Shown: positions 21,204 through 29,949 of the stretch, piece after piece | Layout: each line of letters begins with the position of its first letter | How positions within the stretch are numbered: position 1 is the first letter of the stretch | Assembly: GCA_963756875.1 (NCBI GenBank) | Contig: CAVWPA010000003.1 | Coordinates: forward strand, 640,001-704,000 | Direction: 5' to 3' | Source: an uncultured Verrucomicrobiae bacterium | GTDB taxonomy: Bacteria > Verrucomicrobiota > Verrucomicrobiia > Chthoniobacterales > UBA10450 | Length of the DNA: 64,000 nucleotides | Notes under the pieces: model-generated | Told to the model about the DNA's origin: nothing | The model's input: only the letters and a program-made list of their open reading frames with translations | The model's database searches: none | Position numbers and translations under genes: made by a program

Positions 21204-21830
21204 TCACCGCGTGGACGACCCCATCCAAAGCAAAAAGAAAAGCGCGAGCAATCCAAAAATGATCAGGGGCAGGCTGAAGGCGAATCCGATCTGCATCCAT
21301 TGCGCGAACGAGCGCCCGCCGTTGAGCTCTGACATGTCGGTCGCGACGTCCGGCAGCGCATCTTCGCCGGCGTTACTGCCGGTCGCTTGCAGGCGACTGC
21401 GTTGCTGGCTGTATTCGGTGCGCGCGCCCTCTACGGTGCTGAGCGCGCGGCTCAATTCCTTATGCAACTCCGCCGGGTTCCAACTCTTGGGATCGATCCC
21501 TTCGATTAACCCCAGATGTTGCGCAAAACTCTCCCGCATCGCCCGCAACTGCTCGAGCCGGGTCTGCGTTTCGTGCGCTTCGCGTTCCAGCACGACGAGC
21601 GACCGTGTCAGCTTGTCGGTCATCTCCGCCCGGCCGCGTTCGAGTTCTTCCTGGCGGCGACTCAACTCCTCCAGCTCGCGTTTTTGTTTTTCGATCTGTT
21701 CCTGCTGGCGCTTGAGCTGAAGCAGTTGCTCCTGCGCTTTCTGCACTTGCGAATCAAGAAGCTCGGGTGAGAGCGGGTCTTCTTCGCTTAATTCCAGCAT
21801 CTGTTCAATCGGTCGAACTTTTTCCGGCAT
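21204..21830 (-). CDS. Hypothetical coiled-coil protein with C-terminal TM helix
   Basis: Q/E/R-rich heptads and hydrophobic C-terminus; start uncertain. Confidence 0.7.
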   Translation of the reverse strand: MPEKVRPIEQMLELSEEDPLSPELLDSQVQKAQEQLLQLKRQQEQIEKQKRELEELSRRQEELERGRAEMTDKLTRSLVVLEREAHETQTRLEQLRAMRESFAQHLGLIEGIDPKSWNPAELHKELSRALSTVEGARTEYSQQRSRLQATGSNAGEDALPDVATDMSELNGGRSFAQWMQIGFAFSLPLIIFGLLALFFLLWMGSSTR

Positions 21831-21930
21831 AGCAAATTTTTTCACTTCGGCGACCTCTGCTTCATGGCGCGCAAATCGCAACTGCCGCCACATTAATGAG
21901 AGCCCTGCAGATTTCCACATTCTTTTTTGG

Positions 21931-22022
21931 AAAGCACCAGGCACCAAGCTTCAATGTGACTTCGCGCATCCTGTTTGGATATTGACGTTTGGGATTTCCC
22001 TGAGGTTTGGGAATTGGGTTTT
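21931..22022. repeat. Inverted heptamer-array element, degenerate
   Basis: AAAGCACC AGGCACC AAGCTTC AA ... TTGGATA TTGACGT TTGGGAT TTCCCTGAGGT TTGGGAA TTGGGTT. Confidence 0.75.
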
Positions 22023-22026
22023 CGCG

Positions 22027-23258
22027 TCAGCGTCCCGGCATCATCTCGAACAGCGCGCCCTTAAAATATTCCGTTTCCGGCAATGTCGGGAGCACGGGAT
22101 GATCAGCCGCCTGTTCGAACCGGCGCAATCTTCGCGCCGAGCGTCGTGCATCGACCAAAGCGTCTGCAATGGTTTGGGCAAAAGCCGATTCGCTGACGTG
22201 GTGCGAACAGGAGAATGTCGCCAGGATCCCGTTTTTCGACAAAATTTTGAAGGCGCGCACATGCAACTCGCGATAACCGCGCAGCGCGTCGCGCAATCCA
22301 CCTTTGGTTTTCGTAAACGACGGGGGATCGAGAACGATCAAATCGTATTGGCCCTCCGCTCTCTCGGCCGCGCGCAGGAACTGAAAAACATCCTGCTCTT
22401 TCCAGTCCACGCCGAGTCGATTTAGCGCCGCATTTTGTCTTGCGGCGTTGATGTTCTCCGCATTCTCTTCCACGGCGGTGACCTCCGCCGCTCCCGCCTT
22501 CGCGCACATTAGCGCGAAAGCTCCCTGGTTTGTGAAGCAATCAAGCACGCGGCGACCGGTCGCGTACTGCGCGACGATTTCGTAGTTTTGTTTCTGATCG
22601 AGATAGAAACCAGTCTTCTGCGCGTGCAAAAGATCCGCCGCGAATTTCAAGCCATTGATCTCGATTTCGATTTTGCCGTCGGAGTCGCCGCGCAAAATCC
22701 CGGTCCGCAGCTCTAATCCTTCCGCTTTGCGAACAGGTGCGTCGTTGCGTTCGATGATTGTGGCATGCGCTTCTCTCCGAGCCGCAGGCTCGGACGAGCC
22801 GGAGGCCAGCGCATGATTCATTAGCTGGAAGCCGATGCCACTTTCAATCGCGTCCGCGATCAGGTTTTTTCGCATGTCCATCGCCAGAGTGAGCGTCTGC
22901 AAAACAAAGTGGTCGCCGTACCGGTCGACAATCACGCCGGGCAAACCGTCACTCTCGCTCCACACCACGCGGCAAAGGCGAGGATCGACCCCGCGGCGTT
23001 GCCGATATTCGGTGGCTTGCGCGATTCGACGCGTGAAAAAATCAAGGTCGAGCTCCTGCTTCCGGCGGGAAAATCGCCGGGCCACGATTTGCGACCGGGA
23101 ATTATAAATCGCGCTGCCGATCAAATGGTCCTTGCCGTCCTTGAGCGAAATCACGTCGCCATCCTGTGGTTTGCCGAAGACTTTCAGCACCTCGCTCGAG
23201 AAAACCCAGTCGTGTCCGTGAAGGATGCGCGCGCGAGGTTTATGACGAGGCCGGCCAT
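22027..23258 (-). CDS. RlmI-like class I SAM-dependent rRNA methyltransferase (apparent 1-nt deletion at about 23240; internal repeat insert)
   Basis: ESDGLPGVIVDRY, QKTGFYLDQ, DLIVLDPPSF, TFSCSHH, ETEYFK; MAGLVI start lies one frame off KPRARILHGHDWV. Confidence 0.88.
22760..22841. repeat. Palindromic element family G (GTGGCAT...ATGCCAC) in frame inside the methyltransferase, with nested 33-bp insert
   Basis: GTGGCATGCGCTTC[33 nt]CAGCGCATGA-T-TCATTAGCTGGAAGCCGATGCCAC. Confidence 0.8.
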
Positions 23259-23269
23259 GGAAGGCAGAG

Positions 23270-23306
23270 AACGTCGAACGCCCAACCCCCAACGTCCAAC
23301 GCTCAA
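23270..23306. repeat. Single-arm heptamer array
   Basis: AACGTCG AACGCCC AACCCCC AACGTCC AACGCTC AA. Confidence 0.8.
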
Positions 23307-23322
23307 ATTAGATTCAAAGAAA

Positions 23323-23384
23323 TTGTAGGGCGGGCGCATCGCCTGCCGTTTTTGCGGTTGGCAAGCGGAGCGCTTGCCCTGCAA
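23323..23384. repeat. GTAG-type REP-like doublet, family E
   Basis: TTGTAGGGCGGGCGCATCGCCTGCC...GGCAAGCGGAGCGCTTGCCCTGCAA; second copy at 47017-47084. Confidence 0.85.
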
Positions 23385-23411
23385 CAGCAAATCGGCGTCA
23401 TGAGTTGTATC

Positions 23412-24305
23412 ATGCAAACCTCGCCTCAATCCTCAATCGATCTTCCCGGGATCAAAAAACTGCGCAGCGGGAAAGTCCGCGAAGTTTTCGATCTCGGTGA
23501 AACGCTACTTTTCGTTGTCACAGACCGTCTGTCGGCTTTCGACGTCATTTTACCGGATCCAATTCCGCAGAAGGGCGCTGTCCTGAACCAGCTTTCCGCG
23601 TTTTGGTTTAAACGCTTTCACCAGATCGACAATCACTTCATTACCGCGGATTTTGGCGAGTTTCCGAAAAATCTGCAGCCGTTTCGCGAGCAACTGGCGG
23701 GCCGATCGATGATTGTCCGCAAGACCAAACCGTTGCCGGTGGAATGCGTGGTGCGCGGTTATCTCGCCGGGTCGGGCTGGAAGGAATACCAGGAATCGCA
23801 GATCGTTTGTGGCGAAAAATTGCCGCCGGGTCTCAAGCTAGCCTCCCAACTGCCCCGGCCGATCTTTACGCCGGCGACAAAAAGCGAATCAGGCCACGAT
23901 CTCAACATCGATATGCAGGAATGCAGGCGAATGTTGGGCGACGAGATCGCCGGCCGGGCCAAGGAGCTTAGTCTGAAGATCTATTCCGAGGGCCGCGAGC
24001 ACGCGGCGAAGTGCGGCATCATCGTCGCGGACACGAAATTCGAATTTGGGACCCTGGACGGCAAACTGCTTTTGATCGACGAATGCTTGACGCCCGATTC
24101 GTCGCGATTCTGGCCGCGGAGCGAGTACGTGGTTGGCAAGAGTCCGCCGAGTTTCGACAAGCAATTCGTGCGCGATTATTTGGAGACGCTCGATTGGGAC
24201 AAGACGCCGCCGGGGCCGAAATTGCCGGGCGACGTTATCGCGCGCACCGCGGCAAAGTACGTCGAAGCATTCGAGCGGTTGACTGGGGAAAAGTTGAAAT
24301 CTTGA
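23412..24305 (+). CDS. purC: SAICAR synthetase
   Basis: GKVRE, TDRLSAFD, ECVVRGYLAGSG, ADTKFEFG, TPDSSRFW, FDKQFVRDYL. Confidence 0.97.
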   Translation: MQTSPQSSIDLPGIKKLRSGKVREVFDLGETLLFVVTDRLSAFDVILPDPIPQKGAVLNQLSAFWFKRFHQIDNHFITADFGEFPKNLQPFREQLAGRSMIVRKTKPLPVECVVRGYLAGSGWKEYQESQIVCGEKLPPGLKLASQLPRPIFTPATKSESGHDLNIDMQECRRMLGDEIAGRAKELSLKIYSEGREHAAKCGIIVADTKFEFGTLDGKLLLIDECLTPDSSRFWPRSEYVVGKSPPSFDKQFVRDYLETLDWDKTPPGPKLPGDVIARTAAKYVEAFERLTGEKLKS

Positions 24306-24307
24306 TT

Positions 24308-24362
24308 TGGAGGGATACGCGCTGTCGTGTCCCAAATATTTGGGCGCCGATGGCGCCCTCCA
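24308..24362. repeat. Palindromic element family D (TGGAGGG...CCCTCCA) between convergent purC and mdh
   Basis: Left arm 25/27 identical to the uvrA-internal copy at 60024. Confidence 0.85.
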
Positions 24363-24364
24363 GT

Positions 24365-25351
24365 TTATTTTCCCAACAACTCGCTCACCATCGATTTTTC
24401 TTCCCTCAGCTCGGCGATCGACTTGTCGATTTTGTCACGACTGAAATCGTTAAGAGGAAGTTTCTGCACGATCTCGCATTTGCCGCCACGCACCCGGACA
24501 GGGAACGACGAGATCAAACCGGCGTCGGCGTTGTAACTTCCGTCGGAACAAAGGGCCACGCTGTGCCAATCCGTGCCCGGCGTGTCATTAGTCAGAAAGC
24601 GCACCGTATCGACGATCGCGTTCGCCGCCGAGCCGGCCGAAGAAAGTCCGCGTGCCTTGATCACCGCAGCGCCGCGCTGTTGCACCGTGGCGATGAATTC
24701 TTCCTGCAGCCATTTTTCGTCGCCGATCACTTCGCTGGCGGGGCGGTTGTCGATGCGCGCGTTGTAAAAATCCGGATATTGCGTGGCGGAATGATTTCCC
24801 CAGATGGTCATGTTGGTGACGCGGGTAATCTCGACTCCGGCCTTGTGTGCAAGCTGCGCGCGGGCGCGGTTTTCATCGAGCCGCGTCATTGCAAACCAGC
24901 GGTCAGGCGGGACCTCTTTTGCATTGCTCATCGCGATGAGGCAATTGGTGTTGCACGGATTCCCGATCACCAGCACGCGCACGTCGGCTGCCGCGTTTCG
25001 CTCAATGGCCTGTCCCTGCCCGATGAAAATTTTGCCGTTCACTCCGAGCAAGTCTTTGCGCTCCATACCCGCCTTGCGCGGGATGCTGCCGACGAGCAGC
25101 GCCCAATTCACATCGCGAAATCCTTCATCGAGATCGGCGGTAGGGACGATGGATTCCAACAACGGAAACGCGCAATCGTGCAGTTCCATGACCACGCCGT
25201 CGAGCGCGCCGAGCACGCTCGGAATTTCGATCAAATGCAAGGCAATCGGCTGGTCTTCTCCAAACATTTGACCCGACGCAACGCGAAAAAGAAGCGAGTA
25301 ACCGATCTGTCCGGCGGCCCCGGTGATAGCGACTTTAAGTGGAGACTTCAT
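24365..25351 (-). CDS. mdh: Malate dehydrogenase
   Basis: [44 protein letters not shown]. Confidence 0.97.
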   Translation of the reverse strand: MKSPLKVAITGAAGQIGYSLLFRVASGQMFGEDQPIALHLIEIPSVLGALDGVVMELHDCAFPLLESIVPTADLDEGFRDVNWALLVGSIPRKAGMERKDLLGVNGKIFIGQGQAIERNAAADVRVLVIGNPCNTNCLIAMSNAKEVPPDRWFAMTRLDENRARAQLAHKAGVEITRVTNMTIWGNHSATQYPDFYNARIDNRPASEVIGDEKWLQEEFIATVQQRGAAVIKARGLSSAGSAANAIVDTVRFLTNDTPGTDWHSVALCSDGSYNADAGLISSFPVRVRGGKCEIVQKLPLNDFSRDKIDKSIAELREEKSMVSELLGK

Positions 25352-25382
25352 GATTCAATTAGCCACGGATGCCACGGTGAGC

Positions 25383-25484
25383 AATGACGAAGCACGAATG
25401 ACGAATGCGGAAGGAAGCTCGAATGCTCAAATGCCGAAGCTCACCAAACTCGAAATCGTCATTGGACATTCGACATTCGTCATT
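25383..25484. repeat. Inverted heptamer-array element (AATGACG-type)
   Basis: AATGACG AAGCACG AATGACG AATGCGG AAGG AAGCTCG ... TCGTCAT TGGACAT TCGACAT TCGTCATT. Confidence 0.85.
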
Positions 25485-25485
25485 A

Positions 25486-27183
25486 TTACGTTCGTCCGGT
25501 TTTCTCGAGTAACTCCCGTATCAAACTCATCCGCTTCCGCTCTTTCGGACTGGAGCGCAATTCCGCGATGGTGCGTTGCATCCGATGGGTCCAATTGAAA
25601 CTGGCCGCCGTTCCCGGAATGTTGAAACGATACTTGCGCGCGAGCAGGTCGGTGATCAGAACGATCGCGATCCAGGATTCGCTCTTGAAGAGGCCCTCCA
25701 TCATTGCCGGGTAAAAATCTCTTTCGAAATCGATCGGTTCGCTCGGAGGCGTAAAACCGGCGAACCGCGCGATCTTCTCCAGCTCGGAACGGGCCTGGTC
25801 GGAAGTCGAGGTCGGATGAATGAATCCCTCCTCCCATAGCGCACGCATCGGCTTGTGATCGTGCGTCGCATAGGTTGCGACGGAAAGCCGCTCGTACTCG
25901 TTACCCGGCGTGACGCGGTGGTGATAATATTCCCATTGTGGGATCTTGAACCCTGCGATGCCTAACGAACGCAAATTCGGCCGGACGTAATCGGGCACCG
26001 TGCCCAGGTCCTCACCAATCACGCGTTCGGCGCCTGCTTCATCCAAGACAATCCGCAAATATTCCTCACCGTCCCGGCGGTTGGCATCGCAATTTTCCGG
26101 GGCGGAATCGTCGCGTGGCGCGAAGTGTGGCGCGCGCCCGCCGGTTCGCTCCAGCATCTGGTTCCAGTCGAGCGGCAGGAACTCTTTGTTGTGCTGTGGC
26201 CGCCATGGAAATGCGTAGATGCGATAAAAGCCAAGGACGTGATCGATGCGAAACAGATGAAACATTCGCCGCACTCCCCGAACACGGCGCCGCCACCAAT
26301 CGAAGTTGCGCTCGCGCATCACGTCCCAGCGATAAAGCGGGATTCCCCAGTTTTGTCCCCATTTTTGCGTGAACGCATCATCCTTGAAATACGCTTCCGG
26401 AGGCGCGCCGCCGCACCAATCCAGGGCGAACTCATCGCGATGCGCAAAAACGTCCGCGCTGCAATAACTCACGCCAAACGGAATGTCCCCCATGAGGGCC
26501 ACTTCGCGTTCTTCGGCATAAGATTTAACCGCGCGCCATTGTTCGTGCGCGATCCATTGAACATATCGGAAGAAATTCTCGCGTTGAGAAAATGCCGCTG
26601 CTTTGTCGGGCGGCTGCTGATTTAGCCACGTGCGCGCCGTTTCGGGGTGCCGCAGATGCGCCGGCCATTTGTCCCATGCTTCGCGCTCGGCGTTTTCCTC
26701 CATGAGGCCGCGGAAAAACGCATACTCATCGAGCCAATCCGATTCCGCCGTGCAAAAGTCTCGAAATGCTGATCTGCGATGTTCGCCCGCGTTCGCCAGG
26801 AAATGCGCAAACGCCTTCTCCAGAAGACGTCGCTTAATTTTTTTGACCCGCCGATAGCGGACCATGCCATGCCGCAATCGCGTGAGATCGACGCCGGCCA
26901 TCACGGCATCGAAATCTTCGCGCGTTAAATCTTCCGGGGAGCCGGGCGCGAGATGCAATGTAGTCGGTTCGACCGCCGTCGAGCTGATCGCGTTGTATGG
27001 ACTGTTATCGCCGCCGGTTTCATTGATCGGCAGGAGCTCCACGAGTTTGAAACCGCCCTCCGCGGCCCAATCGACGAACTCACGCAGGGCCGCGACGTCG
27101 CCGATACCGAGGTCGTTCTCGCCGCGCAAACCAAAAAGCGGCGCGAGAATCCCGGCGATCTTCTTTTCGGGCGATAGCTCCAT
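25486..27183 (-). CDS. malQ: 4-alpha-glucanotransferase (GH77)
   Basis: GIGD, NSPY, LMGDIP, GAPPE, GQNWGIPLY, FRIDHVLG, GEDLG, ATHDH. Confidence 0.93.
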   Translation of the reverse strand: MELSPEKKIAGILAPLFGLRGENDLGIGDVAALREFVDWAAEGGFKLVELLPINETGGDNSPYNAISSTAVEPTTLHLAPGSPEDLTREDFDAVMAGVDLTRLRHGMVRYRRVKKIKRRLLEKAFAHFLANAGEHRRSAFRDFCTAESDWLDEYAFFRGLMEENAEREAWDKWPAHLRHPETARTWLNQQPPDKAAAFSQRENFFRYVQWIAHEQWRAVKSYAEEREVALMGDIPFGVSYCSADVFAHRDEFALDWCGGAPPEAYFKDDAFTQKWGQNWGIPLYRWDVMRERNFDWWRRRVRGVRRMFHLFRIDHVLGFYRIYAFPWRPQHNKEFLPLDWNQMLERTGGRAPHFAPRDDSAPENCDANRRDGEEYLRIVLDEAGAERVIGEDLGTVPDYVRPNLRSLGIAGFKIPQWEYYHHRVTPGNEYERLSVATYATHDHKPMRALWEEGFIHPTSTSDQARSELEKIARFAGFTPPSEPIDFERDFYPAMMEGLFKSESWIAIVLITDLLARKYRFNIPGTAASFNWTHRMQRTIAELRSSPKERKRMSLIRELLEKTGRT

Positions 27184-27195
27184 TAGTTTTCCTTA

Positions 27196-27652
27196 GCCAC
27201 AGATGGACACAGATGAAACACCGATCAGAAGACGAGGCGTTTAAATTCTACTTTTGTTCGTCCGAAGTTAATGAGAAGGCCGAGTTTCATGCCCGTTGCT
27301 TTAAGTTCATTGACAAGTTGAGCCTCGTCATGCTTGTCGTTCTGCGGAGCGATTTTGATTTCGATCAAGACGCAGTCTTCAATGATCAGGTCAGCGTCAT
27401 ATTCTCCGACGATCGTATCTTTGTAGCGAACAGTGATCCGCTTTTCTAACTCCGCTCGAAAAATACGCCGGACCAGCTCGACTTGAAGTGCGCGGTGATA
27501 AACGCGCTCCAAAAAACCGTAACCCAGATGATTATAGACTTCGAAAGAAGCTCCAATGATTGCTTCCGTAACTTCCTTGTGCGGAAACGGTGTTTCACCT
27601 TCAAGTCCGACTTCAAGCATTTTATCCGTGTAGATCTGTGTTTATCTGTGGC
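27196..27652. mobile_element. Putative cassette: GxxExxY gene bounded by inverted CACAGAT arrays
   Basis: Left GCCACAGAT GGACACAGAT GAAACACCGAT (27196-27225); right ATCCGTG TAG ATCTGTG TTT ATCTGTGGC (27624-27652); mobility is inferred. Confidence 0.6.
27225..27620 (-). CDS. GxxExxY protein (PD-(D/E)XK-like nuclease family)
   Basis: 131 aa; LGYGFLERVY, ADLIIEDCVLIEIK, GLLINFG. Confidence 0.92.
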   Translation of the reverse strand: MLEVGLEGETPFPHKEVTEAIIGASFEVYNHLGYGFLERVYHRALQVELVRRIFRAELEKRITVRYKDTIVGEYDADLIIEDCVLIEIKIAPQNDKHDEAQLVNELKATGMKLGLLINFGRTKVEFKRLVF

Positions 27653-27660
27653 GTAAGAAA

Positions 27661-29724
27661 TCAGCTTCTCTTTACTTGCCAGTCTTCAAGCAAATTGACC
27701 GGAATCTCTTTCAGAAATCGCGAGGGCCGCTGGAAGACATCGCCGTAACCGCCGCCGAGACGCATGTGGGGGAAAGCGAGATAGAGCTCGTCGCGCGCGC
27801 GCGTCACCGCCACGTAAAACAATCGTCGTTCTTCTTCCAGCGCCTCGCGCGTGTCGAGCGAACGCGCGCTCGGAAACATTCCGTCAGTCAACCAGATCAC
27901 GAAGACAGCGCGGAACTCCAGGCCTTTCGCCTGATGGACCGACGAGAGGTTGACCGCTTCCTTGTCGGCCCCCTGGTTCGGCGCGGCTTCGGCATCCACA
28001 TTGCTGATCAGCGCCAATTGCGACAGAAACTCGTTCAGATCCTTGAATTGTCGCGCAAACGCGGCGAGCTGATTCAAATCTTCCCGGCGCAATTCGTAGT
28101 TCGTGAAATTTACCTTCGCATAATCGTCGTACATCGCTTCGACCACGGATGTAATCATGGCGGAGGGCGGATTGGGTAGTCCGCCCGGCGCAATCTCGTC
28201 GAGCGTATAAGCCAGTTGCTCCCACGATTTTTTCGAGCGCGCGCTCACGCTCATGGCGCGCAAACGTTTGCCAAAGTTGTAGTCCCGGCTTGTCGGGATG
28301 ACCCCGGTGGGTGATGCGGCATTTTCGGTACCGCGGTCGGCGACCGCGGCTACAGGGACGGGCAGCGATTTCTCCCAGGCGTTCCAGAGGTTATCGGCAC
28401 TGCGATTGCCGATGCCGGGCAACAACTTCACCATCCGCCTGAAAGCGACTTCGTCGCGCGGGTTTGCCACGAACCGTAGGAATGCGGTGACGTCTTTAAT
28501 GTGGGCCTGCTCGAAAAAGCGGATGCCGCTGGTGATCTGATACGGAATACCGCGCCGCGACAATTCCAACTGCAACTCGATGGCGTGAAAATGCGCCCGA
28601 TAAAGCACGGCAATATCCCGGAGATCGACGTCCTCATCGCGCAGCTCCAGGATCCGTTGCGCCACGAATTGTGCCTGCTCCATTCCGTCGTTCAACGCCA
28701 CCAGCGCCGGCTTTACCGCCTGCGAAGTGCGCGTGGGCGCGAGATTCTTTCGAAATTGCTCCACGTTTGCCGCGATGGCCGCGTTTGCCACCTCGAGGAT
28801 CTCCGGCACGCTCCGGTAATTCAGCTCGATCTTAAAAACCCGCGCATCCGGATAACGCTTTGGGAATTCGAGAATGTTCTTAAAATTGGCGCCGCGCCAC
28901 GAGTAGATCGACTGCGCGTCGTCGCCCACAACCATGACGTTGCGATGATCGCGCGCCAGTGTGTCGATCAGGTCTGCCTGGATTTTGTTGGTGTCCTGGT
29001 ATTCATCGACCAGAATGAATTGAAATTGCCGGCGATAAGATTCCGCGATGTCCTCGTTCTGCCGCAACATCAACAGCGTTTTCTCGAGCAGATCGTCGAA
29101 ATCCATCGAGTTGGTGGCCTTTTTCCTTTTCTCGTACCGGGCGTGCACATCCTTGATCCTGTCGAGCAACGCCAGGAAGTAGGGAAACTTTCCGGCGAGC
29201 AATTCTTCCATCGGCGTTTCGGTGTTGACGACGAAACTGAAGATTTCCGCCAGCACATCGCCTTTCGGAAAACGTATTTCCTTCGGATCGATCCCGGCGC
29301 CGGCCACGACCGTGTTGATCAAATCTTTCTGGTCTTCGCGGTCCATGATGGTGAATGCGCTGTTGTAACCAAGGGCGCTGCCGTGACGGCGCAGCATCCG
29401 GTTGCCGATGGAATGGAAGGTGCCGCCCCAAATGCCGCTGGCATCGACCGGCAACAGATTTGCCACGCGATCGAGCATCTGCCGCGCTGCCTTATTGGTA
29501 AACGTGAGCAGCAAAATATTTCGCGGATCGATTCCGTTCTCGAGTAAATAGGCAACGCGATAAGTGAGGGTGCGCGTTTTGCCCGAGCCGGCGCCGGCGA
29601 TGACAAGCAACGGTCCCGGTCCAGCCGTTACCGCCGCCAGTTGCTGCTCATTCAGCTCTGCCGAGTAATCGATGTGGATCGATGTCGATCGTGGTGTGCG
29701 TTGTAGCGTGTATTGGCGAGACAT
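27661..29724 (-). CDS. UvrD/PcrA-family ATP-dependent DNA helicase
   Basis: AGAGSGKT, TFTNKAA, VDEYQD, VGDDAQSIYSWRGA, NYRS, HQAKGLEF, EERRLFYVAVTRA. Confidence 0.95.
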   Translation of the reverse strand: MSRQYTLQRTPRSTSIHIDYSAELNEQQLAAVTAGPGPLLVIAGAGSGKTRTLTYRVAYLLENGIDPRNILLLTFTNKAARQMLDRVANLLPVDASGIWGGTFHSIGNRMLRRHGSALGYNSAFTIMDREDQKDLINTVVAGAGIDPKEIRFPKGDVLAEIFSFVVNTETPMEELLAGKFPYFLALLDRIKDVHARYEKRKKATNSMDFDDLLEKTLLMLRQNEDIAESYRRQFQFILVDEYQDTNKIQADLIDTLARDHRNVMVVGDDAQSIYSWRGANFKNILEFPKRYPDARVFKIELNYRSVPEILEVANAAIAANVEQFRKNLAPTRTSQAVKPALVALNDGMEQAQFVAQRILELRDEDVDLRDIAVLYRAHFHAIELQLELSRRGIPYQITSGIRFFEQAHIKDVTAFLRFVANPRDEVAFRRMVKLLPGIGNRSADNLWNAWEKSLPVPVAAVADRGTENAASPTGVIPTSRDYNFGKRLRAMSVSARSKKSWEQLAYTLDEIAPGGLPNPPSAMITSVVEAMYDDYAKVNFTNYELRREDLNQLAAFARQFKDLNEFLSQLALISNVDAEAAPNQGADKEAVNLSSVHQAKGLEFRAVFVIWLTDGMFPSARSLDTREALEEERRLFYVAVTRARDELYLAFPHMRLGGGYGDVFQRPSRFLKEIPVNLLEDWQVKRS
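28278..28354. repeat. GTAG-type palindromic element in frame inside the helicase
   Basis: TGTAGTCCCGG...CCGCGGTCGGCGACCGCGGCTACA; encodes VAAVADRGTENAASPTGVIPTSRDYN. Confidence 0.75.
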
Positions 29725-29837
29725 GAGACGCGATAGGGTGGGTCGGCCTACGCTGCTTGCACGGCAACATCTCTTCAACGGAAATCTGGTTAAAGAACCC
29801 GGTCGGGTCAGTGAAAAGCCTGGGCGAAGCTGCAACT

Positions 29838-29899
29838 CCTGTAGAGGCAGCCGTGTCGGCTGCGTTGCTTTTTGCAGGCGACACGGCTGCCTCTACAGG
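29838..29899. repeat. Palindromic element family B, intergenic
   Basis: CCTGTAGAGGCAGCCGTGTCG...CGACACGGCTGCCTCTACAGG, 21-bp perfect inverted repeat. Confidence 0.92.
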
Positions 29900-29914
29900 G
29901 GGAGAGTACAATGA

Positions 29915-29943
29915 GAGATGTCTCGACTTCGCTCGACATGACA
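29915..29943. repeat. Family F half element just after the pbpC stop
   Basis: GAGATGTCTCGACTTCGCTCGACATGACA, similar to arms at 10757-10806. Confidence 0.7.
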
Positions 29944-29949
29944 GAAATG

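Noticed and set aside
24011..25387. Long antisense or alternate-frame ORFs (also 28501-29547, 35554-36837, 61234-62394)
   Set aside because: Shadows of well-supported genes in GC-rich DNA with no recognisable motifs.
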